64,000 nucleotides of DNA from Bacteroidales bacterium. Lineage in GTDB: Bacteria; Bacteroidota; Bacteroidia; Bacteroidales; Muribaculaceae. Shown one piece after another: positions 48,938 through 57,602 of this stretch. Below the pieces are notes generated by a model. The model saw only the letters and a list, made by a program, of their open reading frames with translations, searched no databases and was not told where the DNA came from. The position numbers and the translations under genes are program-made. The stretch covers positions 7,413 through 71,412 of the forward strand of contig JAJBUG010000029.1 of the NCBI GenBank assembly GCA_020860515.1, written 5' to 3'. Numbering within the stretch: position 1 is the stretch's first letter; every line of letters begins with the position of its first letter.

Positions 48938-50257
48938 TTACAGTCCTTCTATCTGGGCCACTTCGCTGGTCTTGCGGGGATTCCACTTGTCCTTGTAGCT
49001 CGTACGCAACAGCAATTCTTGGGTGTGGCCCACAAGGCGCGCGATGCGCAGGAAATAACCCGTGTAGAAGGTATGGAACAGAAGGTACGCCCCAAGATGA
49101 CGCTCCTGGCGCGGACGCTCAGTGATGCACTGCATACAGAAGAACGACATCATTGCAAATGCCAATCTTATGATCCATGCCACCACGAAAATCTCAAACA
49201 CCCGGTCGGTGTTTGCCATGAACAAATCTATGATATACCAAATCCAAATGTAATTGAACACCAGGTCGTAGGCGATATTTTCAAGGTTAGAAATGGCGTT
49301 AAGGAAGTTAAAGTTGCGATCGCTCCACAATATGTCGCGATGCTTGCGAATGCGGAAACGCACCAAGCTTTTGCTCCAACGCTTGCGCTGTTTGTATAGA
49401 GCATACCACTTTTCAGGTACATTGGTCATGCAGATGGCATCGTAGGCAAACTTCACCTTGTAACCAGCCTTGCGCAGCTTCTGTGTAATGTCGCCGTCGA
49501 GGCCCGGGCCAATGTCCCAATATCCCACATCTCTAAGGGCTTGAGCATCGAAAGCACCGAATGCACCCGAAATGATATGGTAAATGCCAAGCAGGTCGGT
49601 CCCCATGCGACCAATCTGAATGGTCTTGCAGTATTCCAAGGCTTGCATGGCTGTGCACATGTTGCGGTCTTGATTGCGCACCTTCACGCAGCCACCAACT
49701 CCTTTTACCTTTGGGTCGATATAGAATGGCAGCAATATCTTTTCGATAGCATCACGGTCGAGACTCGAATCCGCATCGAGGTGCACTATGTATTTGCCCG
49801 AAGCATGGTAAGCGCCGTAATTGGCAGCAGATGCCTTGCCTCCACGCTCTACCAAGCGGAAATATTTTGTAATATAGCCATGGTTAACCAAGTCTTTGCA
49901 AATCAATGGAGTGGCATCGTCGCTGCCATCATCCACCACTATGATTTCAAAATTGTGGTAGGTTTGTTCGCGCAGGCTCTTCACCAGTTGGTATATGTTT
50001 AGGCCTTCGTTTTTGCCAGGGACAAGGATGGTAATCAATGGTTTTTCAGCAAAAAGTTGCCGGCGTGCCAAAGCTGCACGTTCGCCACGCTTTCGCCATG
50101 TAAGGCCCTGACGAAGGAGCACAATCAGGTCAAGCACACAATATCTTGGAAACTCGATGAAAATCAAGAACCAAAAAGTAGTGCTCAGATAGTGCCACGA
50201 CAGATTAGCGGTGAAGCACGCCACCACCCCGTCGATAAATGCAAATACATAATCCAT
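48938..50257 (-). CDS. Processive membrane GT2 polysaccharide synthase (PgaC/IcaA/hyaluronan-synthase-like)
   Basis: N-terminal TM, VVDDGSDD, HLDADS, ISGAFGAF, GLDGDIT, QRKRW (QxxRW), C-terminal TM helices. Confidence 0.9.
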   Translation of the reverse strand: MDYVFAFIDGVVACFTANLSWHYLSTTFWFLIFIEFPRYCVLDLIVLLRQGLTWRKRGERAALARRQLFAEKPLITILVPGKNEGLNIYQLVKSLREQTYHNFEIIVVDDGSDDATPLICKDLVNHGYITKYFRLVERGGKASAANYGAYHASGKYIVHLDADSSLDRDAIEKILLPFYIDPKVKGVGGCVKVRNQDRNMCTAMQALEYCKTIQIGRMGTDLLGIYHIISGAFGAFDAQALRDVGYWDIGPGLDGDITQKLRKAGYKVKFAYDAICMTNVPEKWYALYKQRKRWSKSLVRFRIRKHRDILWSDRNFNFLNAISNLENIAYDLVFNYIWIWYIIDLFMANTDRVFEIFVVAWIIRLAFAMMSFFCMQCITERPRQERHLGAYLLFHTFYTGYFLRIARLVGHTQELLLRTSYKDKWNPRKTSEVAQIEGL

Positions 50258-50262
50258 ATTTC

Positions 50263-50296
50263 GTTTTACGTTTTAAGTTTTACGTTTTAAGAAATA
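50263..50296 (-). repeat. Heptamer arm C, flanking the four-helix-bundle gene
   Basis: On plus: GTTTTAC GTTTTAA GTTTTAC GTTTTAA GAAATA. Confidence 0.9.
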
Positions 50297-50312
50297 GTAT
50301 TCTTAACTGGGG

Positions 50313-50693
50313 TTATCTACTTTTTGGTTTATTACCAAATTCTATACTCTTTCTAAGATTATATATCATTCGTGAAATACCATCGATTAATTCATTGACA
50401 TATTTTAAATGTTCTTTTTCTATGTAGCCAAAAGAATATGCTAATTCTGTTTGAGTACTCAATTCCCAAGCCGAACCATTTGCTACCCTTAAAAAATAGT
50501 CTAATTCTTTATTGGAGTCCCGTCCATTACCTTCTGCAATATTAGAAGGAATAGAAACAGCCGATCTCTGCATTTGATTTGCAAGATTATATTTTTCTTC
50601 CTTGGGGAAATAACCTGTAAGTTGGTAGGTATATCTGGCTAAATCCATAGCTCTTTTCCATACTATCAAATCCCTATGATTTGAATAACCCAT
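50313..50693 (-). CDS. Four-helix-bundle protein (23S rRNA intervening-sequence protein / Avd-like family)
   Basis: HRDLIVWKRAMDL....Y.LT..FPKEEKY.L..QM.RSAVSIPSNIAEG.GR.S.KE...FL..A.GS..EL.TQ. Visibly more AT-rich than neighbours. Confidence 0.92.
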   Translation of the reverse strand: MGYSNHRDLIVWKRAMDLARYTYQLTGYFPKEEKYNLANQMQRSAVSIPSNIAEGNGRDSNKELDYFLRVANGSAWELSTQTELAYSFGYIEKEHLKYVNELIDGISRMIYNLRKSIEFGNKPKSR

Positions 50694-50723
50694 AAAAATT
50701 CTTCTTAAAGGAGTTATATAATG

Positions 50724-50757
50724 TATTTCTTAAAACGAAAAACGTAAAACGAAAAAC
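50724..50757 (+). repeat. Heptamer arm D, inverted partner of arm C
   Basis: TATTTC TTAAAAC GAAAAAC GTAAAAC GAAAAAC. Confidence 0.9.
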
Positions 50758-50765
50758 CCAATAAA

Positions 50766-52184
50766 TTAATCGCTTATGCGATTAATAAATGTTTCTACGT
50801 CTTCAGCGGGGTGTAGGACGCTGGTGCTTACCAGGTCATACTGGAAATCGGGGCAGCGGGTCACATAATCGTCAAATTCACTGCGAATCTCGAAATCCAT
50901 CTCAGCCTGCTTGACAGAAACCTCGCCAGGATTGACGCGGCAAAGGAAATAGTAATCGTTGCCGTGAAGGGCGCTCTTATAATTGTAAAGACGGCGCAGA
51001 CGACGCACAAGCCTCGGCACAGTCTCTCCAAATTTTGGAGCTAATAGATTGGGATCGTACACATGGTAGCGCATCACCACGATAAACTCCTTTTCAAGTT
51101 CCTCGGTGTTGCGCATAGCCTGACGCAGATAGTCTTCAAAATCACGCATCGAGGAATGGCCGAAGAATCCCACTTGGCTTATAGTCATGACCACATCATT
51201 GTTGGCAAAGGCGCGTATGCCGTCAGGCGTAAACTCGTATTCCTCCACATCGAGTGGAATAAGTTTGTCAGGCGTAGTGGGTCGGCGACATACAGCGCAC
51301 TGCACTCGCATATTTGAGTACATAAAGCTCTCACCACATTGGTTGCATGTATTCACAGCCGATGGCTTGTCATAGTCAACGCCAATATGAAGCAGTTTGT
51401 GCTTGCACTTGGGGCATTTCAATTCGCCATCCCATTCGTAAGCGCTTTCTGGAGCCACGTGGGCGCAGCGGAAATGGTGGATTACGTCCTCCTGCTTGAT
51501 GTCGCTGCTGCCGCATTTGGGGCAAGTTTCAAAGAAAAGCAAGTGACTGCGGTTGCAATTGGGACAAAGATGAATCTTGTCGATAAATCTTTTCTTGCGA
51601 ATATATCCCATCTCAAGCAACTGCTGATGGAAATATTCACGCTCCTTGAATTGCAAGCGCTCGTGCTCCTGATTCCAAAGTGTGTTGAAATAAAGAGCCA
51701 TATACCCCGAATTAAGCCCGGGGGTTGGTTGAGATGAAAAAGTGTACTGGCCTCGGCTGATGGCATAACGGCATAGGCGATACACTTCCTCGGCATGTGT
51801 GACCACCGGGTCGGTACCGAGGAAGAAATTGCAACGCATCATATTGGCGTAGATTTCCTCGATAGTCTGAGCCACCAATGCATCCTGAGGGTCGCTGCCG
51901 TAGCCATCAACCAGAATATCGGTAGTATAGCCAATCCAGCTCTTGAGACGGCGCGTCACAAAGCAGGGTTTGAAGCGGCACTTCTCGCTCTGCAGAGGGG
52001 ATGCCATGCGGATGGCATGCATCACACTATCGAGCACCGAGTCGATAGTATTGATGAAAATGGCATCAAAGTCCTCAAACTGCAAATCCTCCTCTTTCTC
52101 AACATCCACTACATCATTGATCACAAGGATGCGACGCTGATTCACGTTTGAGACAATTTCGTATGGTTTGCGTAATGCTGTCAT
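50766..52184 (-). CDS. TackOD1-like multi-zinc-ribbon protein with degenerate REC-like N-terminus and possible degenerate GGDEF-like C-terminus
   Basis: CPNC..SHL.F.E.CPKCGS.DI....VIHHFRCAHVAPES.Y.....LKCPKC.H.L.HIGVDYDKP....C.QC...CAVC. Confidence 0.7.
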   Translation of the reverse strand: MTALRKPYEIVSNVNQRRILVINDVVDVEKEEDLQFEDFDAIFINTIDSVLDSVMHAIRMASPLQSEKCRFKPCFVTRRLKSWIGYTTDILVDGYGSDPQDALVAQTIEEIYANMMRCNFFLGTDPVVTHAEEVYRLCRYAISRGQYTFSSQPTPGLNSGYMALYFNTLWNQEHERLQFKEREYFHQQLLEMGYIRKKRFIDKIHLCPNCNRSHLLFFETCPKCGSSDIKQEDVIHHFRCAHVAPESAYEWDGELKCPKCKHKLLHIGVDYDKPSAVNTCNQCGESFMYSNMRVQCAVCRRPTTPDKLIPLDVEEYEFTPDGIRAFANNDVVMTISQVGFFGHSSMRDFEDYLRQAMRNTEELEKEFIVVMRYHVYDPNLLAPKFGETVPRLVRRLRRLYNYKSALHGNDYYFLCRVNPGEVSVKQAEMDFEIRSEFDDYVTRCPDFQYDLVSTSVLHPAEDVETFINRISD

Positions 52185-52210
52185 TGCTGTTAATTTGAGT
52201 CAAGATGAGA

Positions 52211-53428
52211 TTAATTGGAAAATTGCGACCACACTGAGGCGGTATCTTTTGGCGCCTTGTATTTCCAGTCGCCTGGGAGGTCAATTTTGATGCCCTCGCC
52301 AGTGGTGTACCACAGATAGTTCTCGGCTGTAGGCTCGGCTCCCCATGTGTCAGTGTTGCGCACTCTCACTCTTACTGGCAGCCCCGATGCCATATTCCAG
52401 AATGGCACGGTCTGGCCAGGATCGATTTTCAGAATTGCAATAAGGGCAGTGTTCTTCTTACTGAAATAGCTGCGCAGATGCTCTGGAATAATATCTGCCC
52501 TCAGCCCAAGCACTGATACCGTGGCTTTAAAAGAAAAATCACCGTTAACCACCACCTCGGCTTTGCTGCAATTAGTAATGCGGTGCATCTTGTCGATGGG
52601 GATGTAAGCCACCACTTGCAGGTTGTTGGCCTCCAAATCAAGATGCTGGGTGGTCATGATTTCCTCCTTTTTAAAGAAAATCATTCGGTCAGGGGCCATC
52701 ACCTGTGTCACAATCGACGAATCGCTAACAAGGTGATAACTGATAAGCTGACGCAGGAAATTGCTGCGAGTATCATCGTAGATTTGCTGGGCCATGTGGC
52801 CATTAAGGCCCCACGAACCGCTGCTCCCCTCGGCATAGGCTGGGGTGGTCTCATTTCTCATTCTCCATAGCGTGCCCAGTTCGCCCAACAATGCTTTCAG
52901 CTGGGTGCGTGCCACATTTAGCTCTCGCTCTAAGTCGAGCTTGTGAGAATTGCTACTGAGGCCGAAGCTAATGTTGTGGCTTTCCACTTCAATCTGCTTC
53001 TCCAGCTCGGCAATGCGGGTGCGGAGCACTGCCACTTGCTGAGCCGCTTTCTGGTACTTCAGCGTGAGGTCACGGTTGTGGGTCACCAGCGAAGGCTCGG
53101 TAGCAGGATTTGCATGGTCGAGCAGCAAGTCGATATTATAATACGAATAAAGTGTATCGCCTGGAGACACGATATCACCCTCCTTTACATACACGCTGTC
53201 GAGATAAATGTCAAAGGGTGTGCGCACCTTGTTGGCATCCACATGCACATACCCATCATATTCGGTATAGTACACATGGAAGCCAACATAAAGGCCCAGC
53301 GAAATCAGGATGGCAGCAATAATCAAGGCTGACACAAATTGCTGTCGGTTAAATTTCCGCTTTCGCTGCCTGAGAATTTCTTCTATATTGTCTTTCTCCC
53401 TTTGGGAGCGATATGTGAAATTATTCAT
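52211..53428 (-). CDS. HlyD/membrane-fusion-type periplasmic adaptor
   Basis: Single N-terminal TM, lipoyl-like V.EGD.V.PGD.L, coiled coil, beta-barrel (VVAYIP, G.PVRVRV). Confidence 0.75.
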   Translation of the reverse strand: MNNFTYRSQREKDNIEEILRQRKRKFNRQQFVSALIIAAILISLGLYVGFHVYYTEYDGYVHVDANKVRTPFDIYLDSVYVKEGDIVSPGDTLYSYYNIDLLLDHANPATEPSLVTHNRDLTLKYQKAAQQVAVLRTRIAELEKQIEVESHNISFGLSSNSHKLDLERELNVARTQLKALLGELGTLWRMRNETTPAYAEGSSGSWGLNGHMAQQIYDDTRSNFLRQLISYHLVSDSSIVTQVMAPDRMIFFKKEEIMTTQHLDLEANNLQVVAYIPIDKMHRITNCSKAEVVVNGDFSFKATVSVLGLRADIIPEHLRSYFSKKNTALIAILKIDPGQTVPFWNMASGLPVRVRVRNTDTWGAEPTAENYLWYTTGEGIKIDLPGDWKYKAPKDTASVWSQFSN

Positions 53429-53441
53429 ATTTGTTATGTTG

Positions 53442-53589
53442 GTTTTAAGTATTAAGTTTTAAGTATTAAGAAATACTTTAATATCATTAAATCTATATAA
53501 ATATACCTAAAAATCTATATAAATATACCTAAATTTATCTCACTAATCATTTTCTTAATACTTAATACTTAATACTTAATACTTAATAC
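53442..53589. repeat. Empty inverted heptamer-arm element between tolC-like and hlyD-like genes
   Basis: GTTTTAA GTATTAA GTTTTAA GTATTAA GAAATAC ... (AAATCTATATAAATATACCTA)2 ... TTTC (TTAATAC)5. Confidence 0.88.
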
Positions 53590-54921
53590 ATTACAAAAGG
53601 TTAGGATAGAGGTGTCGGATAGGAAGGCTTGGAGGTCGGCCACAAGGCAGTCGCGGCGATACTGGTATTCCACCAATTTTTCCAGGCATTCAAGATACGA
53701 ATTATATTCCTTGATGCGATCGAGGCGACTGTATTCGCCACGGCGGTTTTCATAGCCTCGGGCTCGGAGCGCCAGATAATCTTTGAGGTCCGCAATCCGG
53801 GACTTTTCACCAAGGATTGCACGATTCATGCGCTCAATTTCTTGGGTGAGATACCCTATCTTATCACTCACCTGCACCATGATGTCGGCTTCGCTGGCAG
53901 CCAATTCGGCTTGCTGCGCGCGGATTACGGCTCGCTTGCGCTTGCTCTCGTTATTTACCGGGATTGTGAACGACACTCCAGCATCCACATTGGTGCTTGT
54001 GCCAAGTTCGTTGCGAAAATAGCCTGAATATCTCACGAATGGAGCAACGCGGGCCGAAGCCCACCAACTCTCATTCTTAGAGCGCTGCTCCAGCAAGTCG
54101 ATGCGCGCTTGCAGCAGGCGCAAGTCAATCTGAGTGGAGCGCAGATGCTGCATCAGCGCCGCAGTGTCCACATCAATTGTCCACGCCTCAATGTCGGCTA
54201 AGGTAATGGCTTCCTGGAAAGGGCTCGACATAGTGGCGAGCTGGCGCTCGGCTTGAGCCTTGCTGTCGAGCACGCGCAGCAGGTCATCGCTGCTGATGTT
54301 TTCGTTCTCCAGCAGATACACATTGGCACTCTGCAGAAGTTGCAGATTCCTCACTCGGTGATGCAGCACCCCAGCAAGCAGACTGTCGCTCATCCACCGC
54401 AGCAATTCTTTCTGCCGATAAATGGTCAGGTCGATGCGGTCGCGCTCATGCTGCAACAAATCAATCTTAGCTTGCAGTCGCGCTTCATTGGCACGCCCCT
54501 GTGGCTTGAACAATGCGCTCTGCAAGAAATACCATCTCACCTCGGCCTGAATCTTCGCCTTGTAGCGCGATACCTCAGGGCCATCGCCATCGTCGTGAAG
54601 GCTGAGCGCATTGTCGAGGCGATAGTAAGTCTGGCCTGTCAACTGGATTCCTGTCTCTGCTTTTATAGCAGCAATCTTGGCTTCTACGGTAGCGTTTACA
54701 GCCTGGGCGTACACACTGTCGTGTGCCTCGGCTCGCTCTATTCCCAGTGCTGAAAAAGGAATGGCGCCCCTATTTACATTTACAGCGTGAGGTGTGAAAA
54801 TAAGAGAATCGAGCTGCAGGATGCGACTATCCATTTGTTGTAACAGGTCGGCTCCCTGTTGGGCAAACGACAACAGAGGGGAGCACAGAAGTGACAATAT
54901 GATAATGAAGGTGTGTTTCAT
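53569..54921 (-). CDS. TolC-like outer-membrane efflux protein
   Basis: Signal peptide, two helical halves with beta strands (AEVRWYF, AGVSFTIPV), adjacent to the MFP gene. Confidence 0.7.
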   Translation of the reverse strand: MKHTFIIILSLLCSPLLSFAQQGADLLQQMDSRILQLDSLIFTPHAVNVNRGAIPFSALGIERAEAHDSVYAQAVNATVEAKIAAIKAETGIQLTGQTYYRLDNALSLHDDGDGPEVSRYKAKIQAEVRWYFLQSALFKPQGRANEARLQAKIDLLQHERDRIDLTIYRQKELLRWMSDSLLAGVLHHRVRNLQLLQSANVYLLENENISSDDLLRVLDSKAQAERQLATMSSPFQEAITLADIEAWTIDVDTAALMQHLRSTQIDLRLLQARIDLLEQRSKNESWWASARVAPFVRYSGYFRNELGTSTNVDAGVSFTIPVNNESKRKRAVIRAQQAELAASEADIMVQVSDKIGYLTQEIERMNRAILGEKSRIADLKDYLALRARGYENRRGEYSRLDRIKEYNSYLECLEKLVEYQYRRDCLVADLQAFLSDTSILTFCNVLSIKY

Positions 54922-54982
54922 TTTATCGCTATATTTGCAAACAGGAAATAAAATGTGCTTAGGCGTGTGGTTTTCTTTGATG

Positions 54983-55072
54983 CAAAGTTACAAAAAATTG
55001 GCCAATTTTCCTATTAATTTTTATATTTTTATCACTTGATAGTTGAAAATTCATTGTTTTTTAGTAATTTTG
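54983..55072. promoter_or_regulatory. Divergent -7 promoter elements (polysaccharide operon / NlpC-P60 operon)
   Basis: TAACTTTG on minus (54983-54990); TAATTTTG on plus (55065-55072). Confidence 0.6.
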
Positions 55073-55116
55073 CTGTCACTTGAAAGAATTAAGCGAAATT
55101 TCATAAAATCGATAGC

Positions 55117-55764
55117 ATGAAGATATGTCGCGTCATATTATGGCTTGCTTTGCTTCTTGGGTTGGCTTCGTGCCATTCCAGCAAGAAGACTGCGCGTGTG
55201 CCCTACGCTGATGATATCTATGCTAACGTGCAGATGGGAGGCAACGCATCGGAAACCACACCCATCGAGCGCCTATTGGCTGAAGCTTATAGCTGGAAGG
55301 GGACGCCTTACAAAAGCGGTGGGCATAGCCGCAAGGGCACTGATTGCTCAGGCTACACCATGGAGGTGTACCGCACGGCCTTAGGGGTAGAATTGCCAAG
55401 AAACAGCGCCAAGCAGTTCGACGCCTGCGACAAGGTGAAGAAAAGCAAGATTCAGCCTGGCGACCTGCTCTTTTTCCATCCCTCAAAAAAAGGCAAGATT
55501 AGCCACGTAGGCATCTACGTAGGCGACAACAAGATGCTGCATGCCTCATCGAGCGGCGTGATGGAAAGCGACATTACCCTGCCTTATTGGGAAAAATGCT
55601 ACCATAACGCCGGCCGCGTGAAAATGAAGGATGTTTCAATCACAAATACCTCCACCTCACAGTCCTCAGCTCCGGCCAAAGACACCTCAGCTCAAACCAC
55701 ATCACCCAAAGCAACCTCGGCTCCGCCCAAGGATGCTGTCACAAGCCCAGATTGGAGTTTTTAA
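55117..55764 (+). CDS. NlpC/P60 (C40) peptidase lipoprotein
   Basis: Lipobox LASC, W.GTPY..GG.SRKGTDCSG, PGDLLFF, HVGIYVGD..MLHASS. Confidence 0.92.
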   Translation: MKICRVILWLALLLGLASCHSSKKTARVPYADDIYANVQMGGNASETTPIERLLAEAYSWKGTPYKSGGHSRKGTDCSGYTMEVYRTALGVELPRNSAKQFDACDKVKKSKIQPGDLLFFHPSKKGKISHVGIYVGDNKMLHASSSGVMESDITLPYWEKCYHNAGRVKMKDVSITNTSTSQSSAPAKDTSAQTTSPKATSAPPKDAVTSPDWSF

Positions 55765-55767
55765 GAA

Positions 55768-57273
55768 ATGTTGAATTACACATTTATTGCCCGCAAATCA
55801 TTACAGCCGCAAGCCGAGCGTGCCATAGAGGCAGCTCATAATTGCGAACGCACTCAACGCAAAATCCTGGAATACCTGCTGGGGCAGGCTGCCCTGACCA
55901 AATGGGGCCGGCATCGAGGGATTAGCGCGCGGCTCAGCTATGAAGAATACTCATCGAAAGTGCGCGTTCATGATTACGAGTATTTCCGCTCTAAGGTAAT
56001 GCGGATGATCAATGGCGAAAAGGATGTGCTGTGGCCTGGCATCACTAAGCGTTTCGCTCAATCCTCGGGCACAAGCGGAGGCAAGAGCAAATACATACCT
56101 GTGACCGACGACTCGCTCAAGCAAAATCATTATCCCGGAGCAGCCGTCAGCGTGGGCCTTTATCTGAGAGCTTACCGACATTCCCGCATGTTTGCTGGCA
56201 AGGGACTGATTCTTGGTGGCAGCTTCGCCAACGAACTTTCTCTGCCCCCTGAAGTGAAAGTGGGCGACCTTAGCGCCAATCTCATCGACGCTGTGAATCC
56301 TCTGGTAAATCTGGTGCGAATCCCAAGCAAGCGAATTGCCTTGATGGAGGATTGGAGCGAAAAGCTCCCCGCTATCGTGGAGGCTTCGATGCACAAGGAT
56401 GTGACAAATCTCTCGGGGGTGCCCAGCTGGATGCTGAGAGTGCTGCAGCAAGTGCTGGAGCGCACTGGCGAATCATGCGTGCAGGACGTATGGCCCAATC
56501 TCGAAGTATTCTTCCACGGCGGCATAGCCTTCGAACCTTACCGAGGAGAATACGACAAAATCATGGACCACGAGATGCGTTATTGGGAGACCTACAATGC
56601 CAGCGAGGGATTCTTCGCTGCTCAAATAGCCCCTAATGACTCAGGAATGTTGCTGATTCCCAATATAGGCGTATTCTATGAATTTGTGCCGCTCGACCAA
56701 GCTGGGCTGGAGCATCCAAAATCTCTGCCTATGTGGGAAGTGAAGCGAGGTGAGACTTATTCCTTGGTGATTACCTCAAGCAATGGCATGTGGCGATATG
56801 CCCTTGGCGACACGGTAAAGATCGTAGGCCTCGACCCAGTGCGCATTGTGATTGCAGGGCGCACCACCAGTTTTATCAACGCTTTCGGTGAAGAGGTGAT
56901 GGAATACAACACCAACGCTGCCATGGCTCGCACATGCGAAGAAATGGGCTGCGAGATGCGCAATTATACCGTGGCTCCCGTCTATACCCTCGATGGCAAG
57001 CGCGGACGACACCAATGGCTGATAGAGTGGGAGAAGGCTCCCGAAGATATCGAGGGTTTTGCTGAGGCTCTCGACAAGGCCCTGCAGCAAGAAAATAGCG
57101 ACTACCAAGCCAAGCGCTCAGGCGGCATATTCCTTGACCGCTTGGAAGTGACCACGGCCGAGCCTGGGACCTTTGACCGTTGGCTGGCTGCCACCGGCAA
57201 GCTCGGCGGTCAACGCAAAGTACCACGCCTCAGCAACGACCGCAATCTTATTGATTCAATTTTAAAAAATTGA
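55768..57273 (+). CDS. GH3 auxin-responsive-promoter family (acyl-amido synthetase-like) protein
   Basis: FAQSSGTSGGKSKYIP, ETYNASEGFFA, WRY.LGDTV, GGQRKVPRLSN.R. Confidence 0.9.
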   Translation: MLNYTFIARKSLQPQAERAIEAAHNCERTQRKILEYLLGQAALTKWGRHRGISARLSYEEYSSKVRVHDYEYFRSKVMRMINGEKDVLWPGITKRFAQSSGTSGGKSKYIPVTDDSLKQNHYPGAAVSVGLYLRAYRHSRMFAGKGLILGGSFANELSLPPEVKVGDLSANLIDAVNPLVNLVRIPSKRIALMEDWSEKLPAIVEASMHKDVTNLSGVPSWMLRVLQQVLERTGESCVQDVWPNLEVFFHGGIAFEPYRGEYDKIMDHEMRYWETYNASEGFFAAQIAPNDSGMLLIPNIGVFYEFVPLDQAGLEHPKSLPMWEVKRGETYSLVITSSNGMWRYALGDTVKIVGLDPVRIVIAGRTTSFINAFGEEVMEYNTNAAMARTCEEMGCEMRNYTVAPVYTLDGKRGRHQWLIEWEKAPEDIEGFAEALDKALQQENSDYQAKRSGGIFLDRLEVTTAEPGTFDRWLAATGKLGGQRKVPRLSNDRNLIDSILKN

Positions 57274-57602
57274 ATCAATAAGATAATCTTCTTTATTTTC
57301 TTCTTTCGTAGATTTTCGTGTACTCGTAAATTTTCGTTTGATTTTGTCACAAAAATTGTAATTGTTTTTAGGCGTAACAATTTTGTCACATTTTGAAACA
57401 ATTTGTAATCCGTTGCAGATTAATGTATTAAAGGGACATTGCAAAACAGAATCTTAAATTAACATTTGTTTGCTTAAAAGATTCGTGTTTCGTCGATTCC
57501 ATGTGTTAACTTTGCATTGTAATCAGAAAAGCGGGGGCAACCTCATAATCAGAATTACAGGTAACCAGCATTAATAACAACACAAAATAAACACTTGCGA
57601 CT

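Noticed and set aside
50313-50693. Diversity-generating retroelement (Avd homologue)
   Set aside because: No reverse transcriptase and no TR/VR pair with adenine-specific mismatches was seen in the window.
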